From Auanema rhodensis (Eukaryota; Animalia; Nematoda): DNA of 64,000 bases. Below the pieces are notes generated by a model. That model saw nothing but the letters and a program-made list of their open reading frames with translations, made no database searches and was not told where the DNA came from. Positions 1 through 14,564 of the stretch are shown here, one piece after another; position 1 is the first letter of the stretch, and every line of letters starts with the position of its first letter. The translations under genes were made by a program, and so were the position numbers. Where the stretch lies: the NCBI GenBank assembly GCA_964057225.1, contig OZ059899.1:11594001-11658000 (forward strand), given 5' to 3'.

Positions 1-391
1 TGTGTCTGATTAAATAAAGAAGTACAAAAGTCTATCCTATCCTTTTATAAATTTCAAAAAGAAGGAATAATTTTGAATATTGATAGATATGAATATCATA
101 AGAGTTTAATAAGATTTTACTAAAACTTCATTAATAATTCAAAAGAGCTTAAGATGGAACATATGTTTCCGAAAAAAGCATTTAAATATCCGTAATAGTA
201 GTGAAGAAGAAGGAGAAAAAGAAGAAGAGCTAAATTGAAATTAAAAAAAAGACAAAACATGTATATTTCATATACATATGTATTTTTAAACTATTATAAC
301 TATACATATAATCATAATAATTAAATTATTATGTATAGTTAAGATATAGATGATGTTATAACTTATATATACATATCTATATATGTATAAA

Positions 392-430
392 TCAGTCAGT
401 CAGTCAGTCAGTCAGTCAGTGTCAGTCAGT
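392..430. repeat. (CAGT)n tetranucleotide microsatellite
   Basis: About 9 copies with one interruption. Confidence 0.9.
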
Positions 431-1089
431 AAACTATTTGAATAAAGTTTCATTTTCATTTTCTTTATTTTTAAAAAAATAAATATATATATATATATAT
501 AAGATAATATATGTATGTATCTGTATGTATATAGTAAGCAAAAGAATATTTGAAATATGAAAAAGAAAAAAAAGATGACAGATGAATAGATATTAGCTAC
601 TATTTTTGAATAAGAACTGTCACTACTACTCCTCAGTAGTTAATTCAATCGAGATGTAACATAGTATCTTATGATGATATTATGTTATTTGATCGATTAT
701 ATACTATATATATAGTATATATAGTATATAGTATATATATGGATTACAATTAATTTTAATTTTAAAATCATTTTTGATCTTTTTTTTCGTTCAAATAAAC
801 TTAAAATATGATTTTCGTCATAATTAATAGTTAGTCTAGTTAAACAGTTTAATATTAATTAATTTTTAAGTAAAATTGACGAATAAAATAAGGAAATTGA
901 TGAGTTTCAGTGATAATTAAAATAATATTTTAATGATGATGAAAAAGAGATTGAAGAAAGTGAATGGTTTGAACCATTTTAAAATCAAAGAAATCATATT
1001 AAGTGATGTTGTAATTACATATAGAGGTTCATTTCAAAACCAAAATTAGATTGAGAACTTTGATTCCTAATTTGAATTAGTTACAATAC

Positions 1090-1113
1090 AAGTAAGTAAG
1101 TAAGTAAGTAAGT
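1090..1113. repeat. (AAGT)n microsatellite
   Basis: 6 tandem copies, followed by (GTT)n. Confidence 0.85.
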
Positions 1114-1870
1114 AGTTGTTGTTGTAATAGTAGAAGTAATAATAAATAGTAGTATGATAGTTTGAAGATTCAAATTAATGACCAAATATACATGTATATG
1201 AAGGAAAATATGTAAAAATTGAAAAAGAACCCTGAATAGAAGTGCTTGTCGGAATACTTCTGTTGATTGTTGGTTACATGGAAACGAATATATGAACATA
1301 TAAAAGCCTAAATAGTCTCATTGACTAAGACTATTAGACATCTGCCTCTCCCTCTCATATACATGGAGAAAACGAAACAAGAACAGGCATTTGAAGGAAA
1401 AAAATTCTTTTTTTTTTCTCTCTTTTTGTCTTCCATTAAGATCAATGGGAAAAGAGTTTGAAATTCATTTCTATTAAATCAAAATACTATTTCTAATAGT
1501 TAAGTCTTTAGTAATGAAAGTAAAGCTATGTAAGTGAAGAGTAGTATTGGCAATAGAATCCAAGAGTCTTAGTCCCCCCCCACCCCGAATACAGTACTTG
1601 TCAACTACTTTTGAATGAATCAAAAAAATATAAAAATGGACGTGTAATCAAAAATGTTTAAATATAAAAACTAAAATAAATATATTTAAATAGATATTAA
1701 AGTGATTATTAATCAATTTTAATCATTTAAAATAAAATAAAAGCAATGGAATACGAGATTGCATGTGAAATACGAAGTCAATGTATATATTCTATTTGAA
1801 ATGAAATGAAAATATAAGATCAAAATAGTAAGAAATAAGAGAAAATAAAGTAGAAAAACAAAAGTCATAC

Positions 1871-2328
1871 CGTCTGGCTTCCGTTTTCGCTTGGATGAAG
1901 AGCTAATGCTGCCTCCATCGGAGCCAGGATTTGAGACGACTGACGACGTATCGTCAGGAGACATGGAACCATCGGCACGCGATTCAGCTGATCCTGAGGT
2001 AGGCGACGTAGCCTGCTGACGAGCAGCCAAAGAACTGAAGAATATAGGCAAATAGTGTGAATTGAATTTGAAAAAATGACAAAAAATCTTATTTTATCAG
2101 AAAACGGAGGGAAAATTAGCTGTTGATCTCGAAAAGGTGAGCAAATATCAAATCACTATAAATGTGATGACAGTTTAACATTCATTTAGATTTGACTGTG
2201 CGAGAGAAGTTCAAAGGAGGGATTAAATAATTAAAAAGAAAAGAAAATATAAAATATACTAACCTGACTAACGATAAGAAGAAATCCTGAGTATAGGCTC
2301 CCGGATTTCCGGATAATAGTTCAGCCAT
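1871..2328 (-). CDS. First two coding exons of an unidentified Ser-rich protein with a basic NLS-like motif, probably a nuclear regulator; 3' part continues leftwards
   Basis: Exon 2328-2264 (MAELLSGNPGAYTQDFFLSLV, donor gttagt) splices in phase 2 to exon 2034-1871 (acceptor ttcttcag; SSLAARQQATSPTSG...SSSSKRKRKPD, donor gtatga). Exon GC is well above the flanks. Family not recognised. Confidence 0.65.
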
Positions 2329-4813
2329 TAGGACTCGGTTGAGTTAAATGCCTATTATATGATACAAAAAGCACGTTTTCAATACTAATCCAGATATTGA
2401 ATGTGAAACGTGGCTAAAGCAAGACGTACACACAGTAACTACTTTTAGAAAGCGGTAGTTGGAGTCTGGCAAGTAGCAAATAAGGATAGGGGGCGTGGTT
2501 TAGGTGGGTGGAGTCTAGCAGGTGGTGTGTATTGCCATTGATGCAGCATTGCTGGACCCGCTAATGTCATTTTCTGTCATACAGATTTAAATAGTGGTAA
2601 CGAGAATTTAAATACAACTGTTATCATTATGAAGATAATTGATGAAACGATTCATATTACAGCTTAAGCTTAATCTCTCCTTTTCTAATTAAGCTGAGAT
2701 AGAGAATAGATGAAGTCGATGAAACATGTATGTTTCTGCAAATATTTCTTCAACTACTAGGTCAACAGTTTTCAAAATGAAAGATTGTCTAATAACAAGT
2801 TCATAGTTATATCCATCAAAAAAATATTGTTTTTAGAACATTTGAACATACATTCATACATCACGTCTTCAGTTTACAGACAGACAGACAGACAGATATC
2901 CACGAATATTTGTTTGAATTCTGTTCGAAATGAAGTAAAGCCTAGGACAATACATTCAGGTACTATTAAAGAAATAAAAAACATAAAAAGAACAATAAAC
3001 ATGAACATCATTATCATGAGCATAATGATGATTAAGCTGGAAGTCAGGTTGTTATCGATGTATAGTAATTATCTCTTTATTTCTCTCGTCAGTTTCAATC
3101 TATAGCTTAATCTTTAAGGTTTCGAATGAAAACTCTATCCGTTTCACCCATTTGTTTGTCAGGAAACTTTACTTTGAACGAGTAGATGTAACCACCAGAA
3201 ATCATCAAACTACATTTGAATGTCATAGACAAAGCTTAGATGACTAATTCTACTTCGAAACTTATGTAATTCAATCATAAAGTTTATAATTCCTTAACTA
3301 TATGATATAACTATTCCATGTAACACAGGTGACTGACAGTCTTATCTGATTGAGAAGTGGGTTATGCTGATCAGTTCAGCATGCTTCATCGATATATAGC
3401 CAGAGATACCTGAAAACAGCTATAATTCAGCTATTCTTCTTTTTCAATTTCTTCGCTCTTGAGGATATCAAGGAAACGGTAGTTCTCACTCTGTCTCTTG
3501 TCATCACACACTATTTTTCAATATTCTCGCTTTCTTAGCCAATATGCTGCAGGCGCTTGAGTAGGCTCGAATAACAAACTTGAAGCATGCCAAGAAAAGG
3601 GACCGGCAACCAATTATGGCGCCTGGGAACTTTAGCAAGATGCCAATAAGAGAAGAGTAGCTACCGTATAATGCAATACAGAGCGGAAAGTAGGCAATTT
3701 TGTGGCGAAAAAGTAGGAAAAGTGATAGAAGAGTTGATGAAGCCATAAAGAAATAGGATTTCCTTATTCCTTCAGTATGTAAGGGTATCAATTCAACAAT
3801 ACATAAGAGTATTGAATGAATTATTCCAAACAATAGCGTGTTCGATATAGAACTAGTCACCCAATAAAATGACAGATTGGCAATTACTTGATGAAATGAA
3901 GAAACCGCCATAAGGGTTCTTCTTCATCATCGTCTCCTTCTTTTCCTTGAGCATCACACAGGCATAGCTTCATACATTTATCCATCCATCCATCTATCCT
4001 TGCCTCCTTCCCTCCTTCCCTCCCTCCCACTCTCTTCGTCTATTTTTCTATTCACAAACTAATAATATGTACAACAAAAACCTTGTATTCTGTCTCTGAT
4101 TACACAAAACCATATTGTTATTCGGAGCTTTGCGATCTGAAAACCACAACATTGCTTTTCCAAAATAGGGAAGGAAAGACTATTGCGAGCACTGAAACAA
4201 GATATGGTCCTTGACTCTAAATGGCATTCGGATAGCTCTCTCCTTCCATTACTAGTCCTTGGTCACTTCGTCATCTTACCCACAAAATGGGATTATCAAC
4301 AAACAGAGTCTGGTTCCAACCCTCTGCCTCAAAATAAAATCCTATCAAACATCTCCAGTAATATCCGGGCGAAAAAAGAAACGGAAAGCAGATCAGTTCA
4401 TACAAGACCTGGATTTAGAAGTATTTCGAAATGAAAGAATGATGTGAGCTAAAAGATCATTAAGAGTAGAATATCGTAGGGGAAATCATTGAGAGAATCG
4501 TTGAAGACACAAGTACACGCTTTTCATTCTTTTCGCATCCGCAAAGAAAGCGACAGCTTAGCTCACCCAATCCCATTTCCCGATTTCAACAGCAGATGTG
4601 ATGGATGAGGTTAAGAGGAATGGAGAATTTGCTTTACCCCTTTTCAGTGTTTTTTTCTTCGTGCTTTATATGTGCGAGGGAACACTGTGCTTTAAAGAAA
4701 TCTCCGCCCCTATTATCAAGTCAAGAAATCACGTAAGACTACCGTAGTCAACTCCACTCACAGCATCCCCAACATGAATTGTATATCAACTATCTCTCGT
4801 TTATTTTATTTCT

Positions 4814-4816
<3 letters not shown>

Positions 4817-4869
<53 letters not shown>

Positions 4870-4876
4870 TCTCTCT
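4817..4876. repeat. (CT)n microsatellite
   Basis: Near-perfect dinucleotide run. Confidence 0.95.
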
Positions 4877-7800
4877 TTTCCTTTTCTACTTTCCACATCT
4901 TCTCATTTCTATAAAACAAAATGCTGTCATCAAAACATTAACTGCTCAGACTGGGATTCCTTTGTTCCGGAAAAGTGAAATGGCAGCACATCACAACAGA
5001 TTACGACTATTAGGTGGTTACATAAAGGGTAAGGTTCCCGCCTTCTGCACATCTCTTCTTTTAATTTCTAAAATTTGTGTATGAACAGAGAAAAATTCAA
5101 TACCAAAAAAGAAAGCTCCCGGAATATCGAATTGTTTTCTCAATTTCATTGTGGGACGACAAGCCTCCTCGTTTTTTTTTGTTCACAGCTTGATAACATT
5201 GCCTGTTTTGACAAGACGAATACTTTCATTTCATCAAGATGCCACTTCTTAAGCTCATAATCCTCACTCATTACCATCTCATCAGCCAAATAAATCACGA
5301 GTTCTCATCAAGAACGAAGAGAGAAAGGCAACGTAGAATCTTTCATTTTGACTTGTTCACTCGGAGTAGGCAAGATGACAACTTGACAATAGCCGATTGC
5401 ACGAATGAGAGAGAATGGCCGAAAAGACAATAATTTTGAAGAAAACACACACACACACATATTCACGTTGCGAATACAGAAGAAAAGTAATTTCCGCAAA
5501 CGGAGGGAAATAGAGTTGCAGCTTCAAGCCTTATTTGTCGATTTTCTATGACCGTTACTCATGACTTGAGGATAAATTGGAATTTTAAATAGACCTCCAG
5601 CCTTTCATTCATTCCTTCCTCGCATATTCATGGCTCAATTTCAGAGCATTTAATAACACTTCCATTGCGATCGTGTTTTTATATTCGACAAGAGTTTACT
5701 CTCTATTCCACCTTCCCCATTTTATTCAGTTTTCCGAAAAGCTGTCCTCACTACCACTCGTTTCTTTAGCTTTTTCTTTGTTTGCGGTCCCTAGTAAGCA
5801 GGGAGAGACTTTCATTACGGTAGCCGGATGAGCAAGCTATGCAGAAAAAAGCGAAAAAAAAAGAAAAACAACATTGGCACACAAAAAAAAGAATCCAAAT
5901 ACATCATTAAACATCCATAGATTTGGCTTTACCTCTTACTTCATCTTAGGTAGCCATTGAACTTGCACGTATAATCAGGAATTTCAATCAATTATATGAG
6001 ATGATCTTCAATCACCTGCTCTAAGATCTAGGTCACCTTACCATACAAGTAATTTTATATTCATACACAGAATGTTTTTCCTGTTTTTAGCTGACATCGT
6101 CTATGTCTCCTCCGTTTTATGGGTGGCCAGATTCTCTTAAGCATAAAATCTCTCCGAGTGCTCGTTTCGCCAGGTAATCAGAGCCTATTCTGACCTGAAG
6201 CATAAGCTGGTCATAAACCAAAGCCGTCATTTTTGAGGATCATGGCCAGGTGACAGAGCAACTGATCAGCTGCCTCAAAATATTCTAATTAAGGACTACA
6301 AAGTCTTTTATCTGAGCCTACAATGAGTTTTCTACGAGAACAAGAAGAATGTTTTGATTTTGTGATACAACATGAAATTCACAAACACATGCACCTCACC
6401 TGCTGTTGTGTAAGCTCCAATTATGAAGAAAACACTGTTCAAACTTGCAATCTGTTCAACATACTTCGTAATATTTACTGTTGTGTTAACCAACTCTACG
6501 TCAAACTAATCAAACAAACATCAAAAGCACTAGTCCAGGATCACTTTACAGACGCAGATGGTCTCTCATCATACATGTGTCATTAGCTGACCTTCAAAGT
6601 TGACATCACCCACTGCTGCCATATGGAAAGTAACGTTTTTAAGACGAATAAGGTTAGTTAAAGGGATTATAACTCAAAGAAAAGTTTAATATTTCAATTT
6701 TAAAGTCTATTTTTACATTTGTTGTTTATGTGTTACATGAGAACGACAAGATAGATCTCTGAAAGCATTATGCTCAAAAACAAATCCATCTATTCAAGCT
6801 GCATTGTATTGCCGCATGTTCAGAACTTGAAAGAAATTACATTCATATACAGTAGTTTCGCGTGACACTTAATACAGACAAGGTAGTAATCAGAACATTG
6901 CCTTCACAATATTCAATAGAAATCATATTCTAACTGGCACGCAACTAGCATCTCTATGTCTATCTCATAATCAAAGGTTTTCAAACAATATAAATTCTCA
7001 GTTATTTCCATTGTCTATACCTTTATGCTCCTTTCACCATTTTTTTTTGAAATCAAAAAATTCAAATAAAAAAAAACAGAGAAAACCAATATGGTAATCT
7101 TCCTATATCTTCTACTTAATAACAACTTAGCAATCATACAGCCTTGGTACTTTCATTAGAGTACGATCTACTTGGATTGTGGCTTTCGCACACCTGGCGA
7201 CATCTGCTTTCTACTCTTACTATGATCAATGTGACCTTGTTTTTTTGTAATAATGCAAAGAATCCTAGCGCAGCCATATAAAGCCGCTAAAAATACATGA
7301 TTGCTTACCTAATCTAGACCTTAGATAGATCTTATCTATATTAGGCATGAATATAACAAACACTGCTGTTGAAATTTCCTCTTTTTCTCTCTTTCTCTCT
7401 ATCAATCTCTCTGTTTTGAACTGTTTTCAAAGCAAAAATGATTGGAATAGGTTGTTGCAAGATGAGCAGACATATTGATATGGCTATTGTGATGTTCAAA
7501 AAGGTTCAAACATGTTCATTGACAAAAAACTTTTTTTTTGGCATTTTCAAGCTTGCTATAAAACACCTGTCATACTTTGTCAACTAGTTTATAGTTCCAT
7601 ATATAGTGTTTCTCATTCCACAGCAGACAACAGATGGCTCACCTTCTGTCTGTTAGTAATGCAGAGTGAAAATCTGAAATGATTGAATATGCATAGACAA
7701 TTTCAGAATTAAATGAGTCCTATAACGAGAGGAAGATCAAATACCTTTGCCTTTTCCCGACAAACGAATTGCGCTATTTTCCAAAACTAATACAAGGCTA

Positions 7801-9043
7801 ATTTGTAGCTATGCGTAAGTCATACTTGAGATTCAAATTACTGTCTTATACAAGTTATTTCTTTATTTCGTGGTTATGTTCGGTGCTTTTTTGTGAAAAG
7901 TGGGGTGAACAGATGTGAACGGAAGAGAGTTTATCCTTACAGGCCACTAGGATGTACTTTTCCAAAAAAGGCCGCCAAACGAGAGGAAGAGCGCAATCTC
8001 CGCTTGCTATTGTATGTATCATCTGCTCCACTCAGGGTCCACACTTTGCTCTTTTTGAGCCCATCATCACAGTTGAAGGTTAATCCCAGCTATACTAGTA
8101 ATAGTGGGATTCTTAACTGTTTCTTTACAGAAATTTTTCTTTACAGGCACATCGAAATCTTATAACATCTTTCAATTTTAAACAAGAACAATATGCAAAT
8201 GGGAATCGAAAAGACTACCATCACTAACAAAAGCTAATTCATATATGTGTCAGTCGCGAAAATTACCAATGCTATGAACCTCCCCCCGTCCATCAATATG
8301 TCGAATTTTGTCTGAGTAAGGAAAAGAGGGAAATATAGACTTCAAAACATTTATATAAAACAATCTACTACTATTGACTCGTAGCCTATGAATTTCACAT
8401 CAACTTTTCTATCAAAATGGGATGACTTGTTAAAAAATGCACAACATACAACCATAGCAAATTGAGTTTATAAGGAGAATTCACAGAAAATATTTTTTTT
8501 CTTAAAAAAAAAACTTATTTTCTCTTAGTTTTGTCTTTTCTTTTCCGTATTTCCATATAAATGAGCATATACATAACGCTGTTGGATTAAGGATGAGAAT
8601 CATTCAAAACCGAATGAACGTCACATACTCTTCAATATAAACAAAATTACTTTCAAACAAACTGTAGCAGAAATCAATGTATGACGGTTACAAATAGAAT
8701 TCTGAAAACAAAGACTGTCAGCGCTGCTGCAGACTGAGGGAGAAGACTGTATATGCCTCATGAGAACCCGAAATTGTTTAGAAAAATTGAATTAGTACAC
8801 TTGCACAGCAGGTATTTATTATAAAAAAAAACAAAATCATAAAACCGAATTCCAAATCAACGACGAATAAGATGAACCCTATTCTAGAATCTGATAAAAA
8901 CGTAACAAATAACATTAATACACCTGATTTCAACAAAGATATGCTACAAGAGAATTTACAAAATGTGTCTTATTAATGTAAACGCGAAGAAGGGTATATA
9001 CAGGTCATAAAATAACCGCGAATAGATATACAGATTATTTTTT

Positions 9044-11409
9044 TCAAAGTTCCATTCCAAACGAATTAAATGCAATACTGTCATACTTCTCAGCTTGAGA
9101 GCCTTCAAAAGAGCATTGTTTATACTTTTAACTTGCAAAAATTACCGTTTGTTGTTTTGAATAACATCATGGAATTTGACTTACGGCAGCAAGCGAGTAA
9201 ATGACCGGAGCTACTTACATCAAAAGCGGCAGAGTAAGGAAACGAACCATTCAAAACTCGAACAACTGATGATTTTGAACATTGTCCATTGAGATACTGT
9301 AATAAGAATAATCTTATATTAGACCAAATCGTAGTGCACATACATGAAGATTCCTATTTTGTGCATCGGCTATGAGTAAATTTCCTCTAGAATCCATGAC
9401 AATGCCACTTATAAACTGGAATTTGGAAGTACATGAGGAAGTTTTTCCCAAAGGTAACGAAAATCGAAGCACAAATAATTTGGTTTCTATGCAAACTATG
9501 CAGTTTTGCCCTACAAATATATTAATAAACATAATGAATTCGTGAAGTGCCAACCTAAATCTGTGATATAAGCTATGTCATCACGGGCAGTTATGAAACA
9601 AGGATTAGGAGAAGAGCCATAACCACTTATAACAGGAAAAGGCATACTGTTAACAACCTGAAGAGCGAATAAAAGATAAAATATTACATGATACTTACCG
9701 TATTTGGAATTGCAGGATTATACATAATCACAGAAGGTATGCCACGTAAACGGCCACAGGTTAAAATAAAACCATCTTTGGTTACTGCTAGTCCTAAACT
9801 TACGGTTAAACAAACTATTGAACTTAAAAACTTGAACAAAACCTCTACAAGATGACTTCAAATCATCAGCTACAATGAATCTAACCATTCGTTTCAAATC
9901 ATAAATATAAATTCCATCTCTATCTAGAACTCCAATTAATTCTAGAATATATTCGAATATTAAATGAGAATGGCTAAATAGAAGAAACCTCCAGGGTTTA
10001 TGACAGCAATCGCTGTAGGGTTATTCAAATCATCAATTACAGACTCTGTGGACATAACGCCATTAACAGAACATGATAGAATCTTCAAACAAAAGAAATA
10101 TAGAAAATAAAACTCCAAACAATGTAACTTCGTTGAAACCGGTAAACAGGAAGCCCAATTTGCTATCATAAGCACAACCTAATGGACTGGTTACCTTGCC
10201 TATTGCCACGTCACCTATTTTTTCCAAAAATAATTCTAAAGAAGCAAGAGATTAAATATTTTAATTTGAAAGCCACCTCCAGATTCGTTAGTCCACTTTT
10301 CAAAACTTATATAATTAGTACTAGGTATACAGTTTAAACGTATCGAAGTAGTTGATGTCAGTAGACTGTCACTTGCGTTTCCGTTATCAACATAACACTT
10401 CAAGCAATTTTGAAGATATTTTGCTACTTTATGATTTTTAGAAGAGCTATCTGAAATTGAATAGAATCGTATATATATATGAATATAAGAATAGCTATAC
10501 TTTTCTCAAATTTGCTATAATCGTGAACTATAAAGGAAGTTTGCATTAGTAGTTCTATTGTATTATCAAAGTTCATTTTCTTGATGTCACTAGAGGGAGC
10601 TCTATCAATAATATCCCTCAAATGCTTCGAAACTGAATGATCTATACGGACAATACGATCCATCTTCAAATATAGGAAGTGATGAGAGATTAAACGTAAT
10701 GGCTAACTTACGATTTTAACAACTTTACTAGAAAACGAAGAAAAAGATTCCTTTTTCCTTTTTTGTACTCGACTAGAGGTTTTCCTTTCTAATGACAATG
10801 CCTGAAAAACCGTTGATACTCTTAGTTTCGTGTATTGAATCAACTTTATCAATTTTGCTCTCATAACTGTTTTTTCTATTTTTTTCTTTCTGAAAACTAT
10901 ATTTTCAGCTTTAAGGAAATTGGAAGAAAAACCTTTTCCTCGATAAGTACACGATCGCTCCCAGGACTTTCTGTTCCAATTCCTTCATCGAAAATTAGAT
11001 AAATTAGAAATTGTAAGAATATGAGCAGATGATACCTTCCAAATTATCAGAAATGTACAAATCAGACATTTCGTCAAGACCAAAATCATAATCCAAATCA
11101 TTGCTTGTAGTAATCTGAATTAATAAGATCTTAAAAGGAAAAGAACCTAATCTGAACCTGTAAATTATCATCAATATTAATAGAGGTTTCGGATGGCAAG
11201 TTATTGTTTTTCCAAATGGGAGAAGTTTTAACATCAGTAGAGAACGGAAAATCGGATGCAGATAAAGTTTGTTTGTTTCTATAAAACAAATAGAATCGAA
11301 TAAGATTTTTTAAAAATTTTTAGAACTTGGTAAAATCCAATTCAGGTTTGTTTTCCGCTTCTATTCTTACCACCTTCTCAAATACTATGTATATATCTTC
11401 TGACACCAT
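9044..11409 (-). CDS. NHL-repeat/six-bladed beta-propeller protein (about 12 exons)
   Basis: ATG directly follows ttttgcag. Spliced C-terminal repeats include DDLNNPTAIAVINP, GLAVTKDGFILTC, FQFISGIVMDSRGNLLIADAQNRNLH and FPYSAAFDVSSSGHLLACCRKSNSMMLF. Stop TGA at 9044-9046. No RING/B-box seen in the N-terminal half. Confidence 0.75.
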
Positions 11410-12237
11410 CTGCAAAACTGATTAGTTTATGCTTTGCAATAAAATATAAAATTTAAATAATATATTGCAAAGCATGAAAGAAAATGAACAATAATAATAA
11501 TAATTAGTACACTACAGCTTAAACAAAGAAAAGAAGATATTGGCTATACATTGCTGAGTAAAAATAAATAAATACGCAACAATTATGAAATAACTGTTTG
11601 TACACAGTACTCTTAATATTTTCATCACTTTTCGTGATAAGAGTTGTCTAAAAAATTTACAAATGTAATATGAATATGAACTTTACTAGGTTCTCTTAGA
11701 AATAAGTTATTAATAGTATTTATCAATATCAAACAAAATTATTTAAGGTGTTGGAAGAAGGTGAATGAAAAAAAAACTATGTTTCCTGATTATTATTTGG
11801 ATTTGAACCATTCAGCCACTTGTTTCTGCATACTACTGAATTTCGGAATATTTAATTCTTGCTATCTGAAATGAATAACTGAATTTTGCTTTAAGCAATA
11901 CGATTAATTCCACTAGAACACACAACTTTATTCCCGTTGTCCGAGTCTTCTCGCATTGGTTGAGAAACGATCAAGCTTCAGTCCGTTTTGTTAGATAAGT
12001 TAGTCGTTAGTAGATACTCGTCGACTCTTCCGGCACACTTTGCAGTCTTTTCCTTTTTTAGGGCCAATCATCTGCTTAAAAACTCGCCTTTGTGTGAATG
12101 CTACCCTAATTGACGTGCTGGTTGCCAGTTAGTATCTTTAAACCTAATTAATTTTCAGCCAGTTTCATTCGTCTTGAATTGACGAGCATTCATGTACTCA
12201 TAACACTGCTAGATTCTTTGAAACTGTTGCTTCAAAT

Positions 12238-14564
12238 ATGAAAATAATATTTTGGTTGAGCATTCATTCACTATTACATTATGCTCAAACCACTGATCAA
12301 TGTGATTCTATGCACGTAAAAAGTCATGGACTCGATTTGGTTAGGAATGCATTTTCATTGCTATTTCAATGTAATTTTTAAATTTCAACTTTAGACCTGC
12401 TGTAGTTTAAAAGAGCCATTACTGCCAACATGTGAATATTCGTCGTTTTGTCGGTTTGATGAATGTTCTTGTCATTTAACTCTTCGTCATGATTTTGATT
12501 GTATAGTTAACAATACAGTGAATGAGGTTAGCAACATCTTGTTTCATTTACAAATTCCATTGTTTAAGCCTCCATTTCTCTGGAGAGATCATGTAGTTAA
12601 TCCCAAATTATTGCCGTGTTTGCAACCCAACTTCCCTAATCGAGATTCTGCATACCAGTTGAATGTTTTAAGTTGGAAGCAGAAGCTAGTTTTAGAAAAC
12701 CAATATCTTAATCTTTAAAGTCAATTTTAGCAAAACAGAATTGTTGATGAAGGGAATGTGCCAGATGAATGTAACTGCGATCTCTTTTCATGAGCTTTCT
12801 TCAGAGTTTTCATCTTTCAATTTCCTAAGATGTATGACTAATATTCTATCATTGGAAATTTTATTAAAGTGGAACGACGTAATTAGCTATAAACTTAAAT
12901 TCCTTTTTGAAGGAAGTCACAGAAAGTGGATTTATCTGGATTTGAACGTCTACAAAAGCTAAGCAGTTTGCGTTTAGTTAATGTCGACTTCGAACTTTGG
13001 ACAAAAGTATTTGTTTATACAGGAAAATTGATGAATTTTCTTTTTTAAGAAATCTCCATGGACTCAAATGGTTTCTTATATTCACATTGAAAACTCCTCG
13101 CTTTCAACATTACCCCAATGGCTTTCGTTATCTCCAAATCTTCAACGAATATTCATTAAAAGTTTGTTCTGAAAAAGAAATTAATGGACAATTTCAATTA
13201 TTTAGAAACTCAAGTAACAACTATTAGCACTATTTCACGATTACTCCAACTAAAATCAGCAAAACTAAGTTCTAATAAAATAAATGACTTAAATAAAATA
13301 ATTTTAAATAATAAACAACTTTATGATCTGGATTTAAGCTATAATGAGGTGAAGGAATTATATCGCTTCACTTAAACTTTTGTTTTTTCCTTAGATATCA
13401 TCCATATCTTCTTTTTCTTTTGCTAATTGTAATGAGCTTCGAATACTCGATTTAAGCTACAATCCACTGGAGAATCTGCCATACAAGCCTTTTTTTAAAA
13501 ATTCCAAGTTAAAATGGCTAAAGTTGGATGGGACTAGAATAAGAGTAAGAAATATCTGAGTAGATCAAGCATAAAATTTCTATTTAAGTCATTATCAACA
13601 GATCATTTTGCTGGATTATCTTCCCTGAAAACGCTATCGTTGTCAAAAACACCGTTGCAGTCAATTGCTCCATTCTCATTTCTTCCTTTGAAAAGTCTAA
13701 AAATGTTGAATCTGGAAGCCACTAACCTTACCAAGGTTCCTTCAGCAGTTACACAAAATTGTGGATTAACACAGTTAATTCAATGATAATTTATAAAATT
13801 CTATTTAATTCTTTAAGTTTAAATATTGCGAACAACTTTCTACACCGAAATTCTTCGCTCCCACCTGAAATAATGGTAATGTTATCAAGCTTATCACAAC
13901 TCCAATTAGACGGAAATCCTTTAACGGTAATAGCAACAAGAATTGTATGAATAATAGAGTAAATTATAGGAATTTCCACCTGCTCTGTTGCTATTATCTA
14001 AGGATAACTCCAGGCTATATCGTCAGCTAATACAGAGTATGACAGCATTACCCGTGTGGCTAAAAGAGCCATGTACTCCATATTTCTGGTATCTACATTT
14101 AGGAAATAAGTAGTTTCACCTAAAAATTGATAAAATTGTTAATTTTCTTATAGATCTGCTTTTCGTCAGTTACTTCAACCTTGGAATACTACACAGATGC
14201 AACAAAAATCTATGAATTATTGTAAAAAACAATATGAATATATGCTTGATCAGACCCAAATTTATAAGGAATTAGAGAATAATAGCGGTACATCTTTTAC
14301 TTTTTTTCATTTAATATATGAATTTATCTTATAGCTTGCTCAGTCTCAAGAAAACTTAGATCTGCAATTATAAACAAAAATACACTTCAGACTTGTAACG
14401 GAACTAAAGTTGTAACTCCCAAATGCCTAATTGTGGAAAAAGAGAAAACTGGTTCTTCTCCTCTTATATTAATAACTTCATTATTCGCAAATATGTTTTT
14501 ATTATTCTTATTATTTATTATGACTGTAGCTCATTGCTCTAAACGAAAATCAAACACCTACTGA
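12238..14564 (+). CDS. Extracellular leucine-rich-repeat single-pass membrane protein
   Basis: Signal-like MKIIFWLSIHSLLHYAQT, then a Cys-rich N-cap. LRRs include LYDLDLSYNE, LRILDLSYNPLENLP, LKTLSLSKTPLQSI, LKMLNLEATNLTKVP and LSQLQLDGNPLT. A hydrophobic segment LILITSLFANMFLLFLLFIMTVA precedes a short tail HCSKRKSNTY*. One internal intron boundary near 12660-12730 is ambiguous. Confidence 0.85.

Noticed and set aside
296-740. AT-only palindromes (TAACTATACAT/ATGTATAGTTA; ATATACTATATATATAGTATAT)
   Set aside because: Expected in (TA)-rich low-complexity DNA.
2516-2530. CTAGCAGGTGGTGT, resembling a CTCF core
   Set aside because: Imperfect match, and rhabditid nematodes are reported to lack CTCF.
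3504-3911. 135-aa ORF on the - strand
   Set aside because: No recognisable domain or splice partners, and long uninterrupted ORFs are atypical of genes here. It is probably regulatory DNA.
12831-12869. Apparent extra AAG-ending intron in the LRR gene
   Set aside because: Splicing it introduces a stop and the region reads as coding, so it was excluded from the AAG count.
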